A stretch of 64,000 nucleotides of DNA, taken from the NCBI GenBank assembly GCA_963667725.2, contig CAXXHO010000005.1:1216001-1280000 (forward strand), written 5' to 3'. A model generated the notes under the pieces. The model searched no databases. It worked only from the letters and a program-made list of their open reading frames with translations, and was not told the DNA's origin. Source of the DNA: Treponemataceae bacterium (lineage in GTDB: Bacteria > Spirochaetota > Spirochaetia > Treponematales > Rectinemataceae). Each line of letters starts with the position of its first letter. Position 1 is the stretch's first letter. The position numbers were made by a program, and so were the translations under genes. Shown piece after piece: positions 59,657 to 64,000 of the stretch.

Positions 59657-61189
59657 TTACGGCTTCGAGCCGCCGCTTATGGTTCCCAGGTTGGCGTCGA
59701 TGAGACGGCGCGCTTCCGCGAGGGCCGCGTCCGGCTTCATGCTGCCCGCGAGTATGAATCGAAGAATTTTCCACATAGTGTTTTTATAGGTGCTATAGCC
59801 TGAGCTTGGGGGTATGACGGCGCCTATCTCCGCGCTTCTTGCCAAGATGGCGTGATAGGGGCCGTCGCCTTCCGTTACCTCCCAAGCGTCTGAATTCGCC
59901 GGGAGTTTGGAGAGGGCGGTCGAAAAGCGCTGCTGAACCCCGATGCCGGACAGGTGCTCGAGGAGCCTTCGCGCGGTGACCGGGGATTGGGTGGAGCGCG
60001 TCATCGCGAAGCCTTTGAAATCGAGGAGGGGCGCCATGGGCTTGCCCGTGGACGAAACCACCGGATAGGGCGCGACGCCGAAGTCCAGGCCTATCCGTTC
60101 GAACTCGGGGATGGAATAGGACCCGCTCAGGATCATGGCGATTTTGCCCGAAGCGAAACGCGCCACCATGGCGTCGCGCTCAAGGGGCTCCAGGTAGCCT
60201 CGGTCGATCATCGAGAGAATCCAGGATATGGCCTGTCTGGTTCCACGATCGTCGGGACGGACCCCGCCGTCGGCATCGGCGATGGAAGGTTTTCCGAAGC
60301 CCATGGCTATGGGTAAAAGCCAATACGCAGAATAGACATTCCAGGAAATCGGCGTTCCGCCGCTCCGGCTTATCCGCGCGGCCATGGCTTCCAGATCGTC
60401 GGTCGTCCAGGTCAGGGCGGGCGGAACGGGGACTTGCTTTCTGTCGTAGAAAACCAGCTGCGCATCGAAATAGAAGGGAATCGCCCAACGTCGGCTTTCG
60501 GCGCTGAAGGCTGTCGCCCCATTCTCCACGATATGAGAGACGTCGATTCGATCCAGGGGCTGGAGGGTCTGCGCCGCCACGAGGTCAGGAACGTTGTCCG
60601 ATTGGATCATGAGGAGATCGGGCGTGCGCCCGCCGCCGCGCTGGACGGCCAGAAGCTTGGACCTCGTATCCGGTATGTCCACCGCTCTGACTTTCGCGCC
60701 GGAGAGCGTCGCCCAACGTTGGATTTCCGCCTTGAGTTCGGGGACGCCCTCCCAGGAGAGCCAGATTTCCAGTTCCCGCTCGCTGGCCCGGTCTCCGCTG
60801 ATGCTCACGGAACTGATGGAGGCCACCCTGGCATCCGGCGCGAGCAGGTCCCATCCTCCGGAGGACGATTCGACGATATAGAATCCGGAGAGTCTGTCCG
60901 CGAGGTTGTCTCCTATCCATATTTTTGCCCCGGCCGAGCCGGCGCACTCGATCCTCCAGGCTTCCACGAGGGGGGGAAGCAATTCGGAGATGGCGAGGCC
61001 GCGTTCCATGGAGTTCTTCGAGGGGATGGAATATGAAAGCGCGCGTAGCGCGGCGTCTGAGGGTATGGTTTTTGAGCTGCCGTTAAGGCGCAGATCGAAC
61101 GCCCAGGCAGAGGCGTGAAGCGCGAAGGCGAGGCCTAGGGAGAGAACAACCGTCCGGAAACCAGGTCCCGGCGGGTTTGAGCGAGTCAT
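59657..61189 (-). CDS. Sugar-type (CUT1/MalE-like) ABC substrate-binding protein with an extra N-terminal domain
   Basis: Signal peptide; PDLLMIQSD, LQPLD, WAIPFYFDAQLVFYD, FASGKIAMILSG, DFGVAPYP. Confidence 0.85.
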   Translation of the reverse strand: MTRSNPPGPGFRTVVLSLGLAFALHASAWAFDLRLNGSSKTIPSDAALRALSYSIPSKNSMERGLAISELLPPLVEAWRIECAGSAGAKIWIGDNLADRLSGFYIVESSSGGWDLLAPDARVASISSVSISGDRASERELEIWLSWEGVPELKAEIQRWATLSGAKVRAVDIPDTRSKLLAVQRGGGRTPDLLMIQSDNVPDLVAAQTLQPLDRIDVSHIVENGATAFSAESRRWAIPFYFDAQLVFYDRKQVPVPPALTWTTDDLEAMAARISRSGGTPISWNVYSAYWLLPIAMGFGKPSIADADGGVRPDDRGTRQAISWILSMIDRGYLEPLERDAMVARFASGKIAMILSGSYSIPEFERIGLDFGVAPYPVVSSTGKPMAPLLDFKGFAMTRSTQSPVTARRLLEHLSGIGVQQRFSTALSKLPANSDAWEVTEGDGPYHAILARSAEIGAVIPPSSGYSTYKNTMWKILRFILAGSMKPDAALAEARRLIDANLGTISGGSKP

Positions 61190-61190
61190 T

Positions 61191-61316
61191 ATTCCCCCTT
61201 TTCAAGCATGGAAGGCTGAACCGTTTCCGGCGCAACCCGATGGCTTTTAGTCCATGGACTTCCGAGGCTCATTGTCATGATGCCGCGTATCTTTAGGAGC
61301 TAAGGCTCGAAGGAAT
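61191..61316 (-). ncRNA. Putative molybdenum-cofactor (Moco/Tuco) riboswitch
   Basis: Minus strand AUUCCUUCGAGC...CCUAAAGAU...AUCAUG...GGGUUGCGCCG-GAAA-CGGUUCAGCCUUCCAUGCUUGAAAAGGGGGAAU; the 5' end pairs with the SD, and the 3' block resembles the Moco RNA CCUCCCGUAUUUGGAAAGG element; recognised by eye only. Confidence 0.75.
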
Positions 61317-61326
61317 TCTATGGCTG

Positions 61327-61355
61327 ATTCTATGGCGCCCATTCGCAGGCGTCAA
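61327..61355 (-). promoter_or_regulatory. sigma70 promoter for the riboswitch-ABC operon
   Basis: Minus strand TTGACG-N17-TAGAAT, placing the start site near 61320, just before the RNA motif. Confidence 0.75.
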
Positions 61356-61397
61356 GCGGATGAACCTGTCTTGACGGACAGACCCGAGCGCGGGGCG

Positions 61398-61428
61398 AAA
61401 AAAAAAGGCGCCCCGGATGGGCGCCTTT
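61398..61428 (-). terminator. Rho-independent terminator after the outer-membrane protein gene
   Basis: GGCGCCC-cggat-GGGCGCC stem with A9 (U-run on the minus strand). Confidence 0.85.
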
Positions 61429-61461
61429 CGTATCCGATCCGAATCCGATCGGGATCCGACG

Positions 61462-61962
61462 CTACAGTTTCAGGAGGACGCCGATATAGGAGGCCTCGAG
61501 GCCGGTTTCGGCGTTGATGGCGAAGTTCTCCGAAAGGAAATAGCTCGTGCCGCCGATCGTGTTGAAGCCGACGCTGGGAAGGATCGAAAGACCAAGACCA
61601 AAGTACGAATCGAAGTTGCCGATCCAGGCGAGTTCGCTGGGCAGGTCGAGGGCGCCCCAGTTGAAGTGGAGGGTGCCTACCGCGCCTACCGCGACGTCCA
61701 GGGTGCTGCCGATATAGAGTCCGGCGCGGCCGGCTACGCCATAGGTGAAGGGAAGTTTTTCGGCGATCGTGAACTTGCCGATGGCGTATTCAACGCCGCC
61801 GCCGACCGAAAGGCCGTACCAATAGCCAAAACCGATGCCGACATTCGCGTTTATAGAACCGGGATTAATGAGCATGCCATTTTTGGAATAGTTAGTGGTT
61901 TCCGCGGACGCGAAACCAACGACGACGCAGAGAAGCGCGACAAGCACCGTGAACTTCTTCAT
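61462..61962 (-). CDS. Small outer-membrane beta-barrel protein (about 8 strands), function unknown
   Basis: Signal peptide MKKFTVLVALL...FASA; alternating Gly/aromatic strands; SD AAGGAG. Confidence 0.7.
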   Translation of the reverse strand: MKKFTVLVALLCVVVGFASAETTNYSKNGMLINPGSINANVGIGFGYWYGLSVGGGVEYAIGKFTIAEKLPFTYGVAGRAGLYIGSTLDVAVGAVGTLHFNWGALDLPSELAWIGNFDSYFGLGLSILPSVGFNTIGGTSYFLSENFAINAETGLEASYIGVLLKL

Positions 61963-62235
61963 TTCCCTCTCCTTTTGCGTGAGACGATCAGGTTGATGCT
62001 TCGTCCGGAATGTATCGAAGAATCATACGATTCAAGCCGGGCAGGATAATATCCATTCATAATTGTATAGATGATTCCCGAAATTTGCAAATAATAATTA
62101 ACTTGATTCATATGGTTTTTACCCAATCGCCGTGCCGCCGAACTGTCGCTATGTATAAAAATACCAATAGCATGCGGCTTTTATGTCTTGACATTGCGAC
62201 GCCCCCTGTTGTACCGTCCCGTAAAGGATATTCAC

Positions 62236-62313
62236 ATGAGTTATATTAAAGATTCCTTATGTTTCATGCGAAGCGGCCGGAACAGGCCGCATTACTCAAC
62301 CCTCTCGTACTAG
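62236..62313 (+). CDS. Candidate leader peptide MSYIKDSLCFMRSGRNRPHYSTLSY upstream of metNIQ
   Basis: SD AAAGGA at 62223, TTGACA at 62188, 25 codons containing Cys-Phe-Met, internal hairpin GCGGCC/GGCCGC. Confidence 0.4.
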   Translation: MSYIKDSLCFMRSGRNRPHYSTLSY

Positions 62314-62330
62314 TCCAGACTATTCCCCAT

Positions 62331-63095
62331 TTGACATCGCCAGTTCCTCCCACTAATTCCCCGGCTTTAGCCATAAGGGATATCAGTAAAAGATTCGGTC
62401 CTCACGCGGTTCTGGACGGCGTTTCGCTCTCCATCCCGGCTGGAAGAATTTACGGCATCATCGGACGGAGCGGAGCGGGCAAGACCACCCTCATCAGGAT
62501 CGCCTCGCTGCTCGAGCGCGCCGACGGCGGCGAGATTTTCTATTCCGGGGTTTCAGTATCCGGAGCCAAGGGAAAGGAACTGATAGAGGCGCGCAGAAAA
62601 GCTGGGTTCGTGTTCCAGAACTTCAACCTTTTCTCCTCGAGAACCGTCGCGGGCAATGTGGCTTTTCCCCTGGAAGCGGCCGGCTGGAATAAAACGGCCA
62701 TTCGCGAAAGGGTGGAGGAGCTCGTGGAGCTCGTCGGGCTCTCTGACAAGGCGGACAGGCCGGCCGGCCGGCTTTCGGGAGGCGAGCGTCAGCGCGTCGC
62801 CATCGCCAGGGCTCTCGCTAACAGACCGCAGATACTCTTCTGCGACGAAGCTACCAGCGCTCTGGACCCCGAAACAACGAGGTCCATCCTGGATCTGATC
62901 CAGTCCCTGCGCCAGCGTTTCGGTCTCACCGTCATGATGGTTACTCACCAGATGGAAGTGGTCAGGAGAATCTGCGACGATGTCGCGATCATCTCCGACG
63001 GCTTGATCGTGGAGAGCGGCCCCGTGGCTTCCGTTTTTTCCCGTCCAAGCAGCGAAACCGGACGCCGTCTCGTGGCGGAGGTCAATCATGCGTGA
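62331..63095 (+). CDS. metN: Methionine ABC transporter ATPase (short, no C-terminal NIL domain); start uncertain (62259 or 62331)
   Basis: GIIGRSGAGKTT, FQNFNLFSSRTV, LSGGERQRVAIARAL, CDEATSALDPETT. Confidence 0.88.
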   Translation: MTSPVPPTNSPALAIRDISKRFGPHAVLDGVSLSIPAGRIYGIIGRSGAGKTTLIRIASLLERADGGEIFYSGVSVSGAKGKELIEARRKAGFVFQNFNLFSSRTVAGNVAFPLEAAGWNKTAIRERVEELVELVGLSDKADRPAGRLSGGERQRVAIARALANRPQILFCDEATSALDPETTRSILDLIQSLRQRFGLTVMMVTHQMEVVRRICDDVAIISDGLIVESGPVASVFSRPSSETGRRLVAEVNHA

Positions 63096-63753
63096 AATCT
63101 TTGACCTCATCGCCAGGCCGGTTCTGGAAACCATCCTCATGGTGATCGCGTCCACGACGATCGCTGGACTGTTCGGCGGTTCCATCGGTCTCGCGCTCTA
63201 CTTCATGTCGAACGAAAGGCTTTCCGAACATTCGGGTCAGCTTTCGATCGTGAAGAAAGTCGCCGACCGGGTGATCAACACCCTGCGGTCGTTTCCCTTC
63301 GTCATTCTCATGGTCCTTGTGCTTCCTCTTTCACGCCTCATCGTGGGGACGAGCCTTGGGACGGTGGCGGCCATCGTGCCTCTTTCCATCGCGGCTATGC
63401 CCTTTGTGGCGCGCATCGTCGAATCGTCGTTGGCCGAAATCGATGGCGGCATCCTCGACGCGGCTCTCTCTTCGGGAGCCACGAAGGCCAGAATTCTCTT
63501 CGCCATTCTCGTGCCTGAAGCCCTCCCTTCGCTTATCGCCGGTCTCACGCTCACGATGATCAACCTGGTGGGTTATTCCGCCATGGCAGGGGTCATCGGA
63601 GGGGGCGGTCTCGGCGATCTGGCCATCAGATACGGCTACCAGCGTTTCAGGACCGACATCATGATCGCATCGGTGCTCTCGATCATCATACTCGTCGAGG
63701 GAATCCAGATGACGGGCAACAGGATCACGAGGAATCTGAAGCTCAAGCGCTGA
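63088..63753 (+). CDS. metI: Methionine ABC transporter permease
   Basis: RSFPFVILMV, PFVARIVE, GYSAMAGVIGGGGLGDLAIRYGYQRF. Confidence 0.94.
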   Translation: MREIFDLIARPVLETILMVIASTTIAGLFGGSIGLALYFMSNERLSEHSGQLSIVKKVADRVINTLRSFPFVILMVLVLPLSRLIVGTSLGTVAAIVPLSIAAMPFVARIVESSLAEIDGGILDAALSSGATKARILFAILVPEALPSLIAGLTLTMINLVGYSAMAGVIGGGGLGDLAIRYGYQRFRTDIMIASVLSIIILVEGIQMTGNRITRNLKLKR

Positions 63754-63809
63754 TCAGACAGTCCCCAATGCCCCCTATGGCGGCATAATCTCATCGCAGG
63801 AGGTTCGCT

Positions 63810-64000
63810 ATGAACCGGAACAACCGTACTGTATCCTTTATCCTGGCGACGGCATTGGCAATCGCCGCCGTCTCCGTCCCGGCCTTCGCCCAGACCGCTC
63901 AGAAGCCCGTGACGCTCAAAGTCGGCGCCAATCCCATTCCCCACGCCGATCTGCTCAACCTGGTGAAGGCGGATCTTCTCGCCCAGGGCATCAAGCTCGA
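63810..64000 (+). CDS. metQ: Methionine ABC substrate-binding protein MetQ/NlpA (partial, runs off the window)
   Basis: Manual translation MNRNNRTVSFILATALAIAAVSVPAFAQTAQKPVTLKVGANPIPHADLLNLVK...GIKL; SD AGGAGG. Confidence 0.85.
   Translation, partial: MNRNNRTVSFILATALAIAAVSVPAFAQTAQKPVTLKVGANPIPHADLLNLVKADLLAQGIKL

Noticed and set aside
61432..61459. Short ATCCGA-like repeats after the outer-membrane protein gene
   Set aside because: Too short and irregular; probably low-complexity sequence next to a terminator.
62200..62330. Possible SAM-I riboswitch upstream of metN
   Set aside because: The conserved AUCnAGAG...GCAACC...GUGC core was not found by eye; an Rfam scan would settle it.

Overview
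A GC-rich bacterial chromosomal segment of about 60 CDS, most consistent with a free-living or anaerobic spirochaete (inference from a BspA-type LRR protein, a dentilisin-like protease locus and many lipoproteins). I saw no rRNA, tRNA, CRISPR array or transposase. From left to right: (1) a tricarboxylate cluster (tctABC, GntR, aconitase, citC, citD, citX-citG fusion, icd) with no citE/citF; (2) mixed housekeeping and surface genes; (3) a divergent peptide/cysteine catabolic island (oppBCDF versus GntR, cyuA-like desulfidase, OppA, M24, M20, UroD-like) with two close FadR-type paralogs and two face-to-face sigma54 motifs; (4) a PrcA/PrtP (dentilisin)-like lipoprotein-subtilase pair; (5) a flavinylated lipoprotein reductase with a non-fumarate active-site residue; (6) trpS, mgtE, thiF, a PLD, and pdxST-regulator-ridA-patB; (7) metNIQ with a candidate leader peptide. 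The best candidate for an undescribed system is 56425-61355 on the minus strand. There a sigma70 promoter and an RNA resembling the molybdenum-cofactor (Moco) riboswitch precede a sugar-type ABC binding protein, a lipoprotein made of three molybdopterin-oxidoreductase-like repeats, and a fused double permease. This suggests a Moco/tungsten-cofactor (metallopterin) scavenging importer. All family assignments come from motif recognition by eye; no database search was run.
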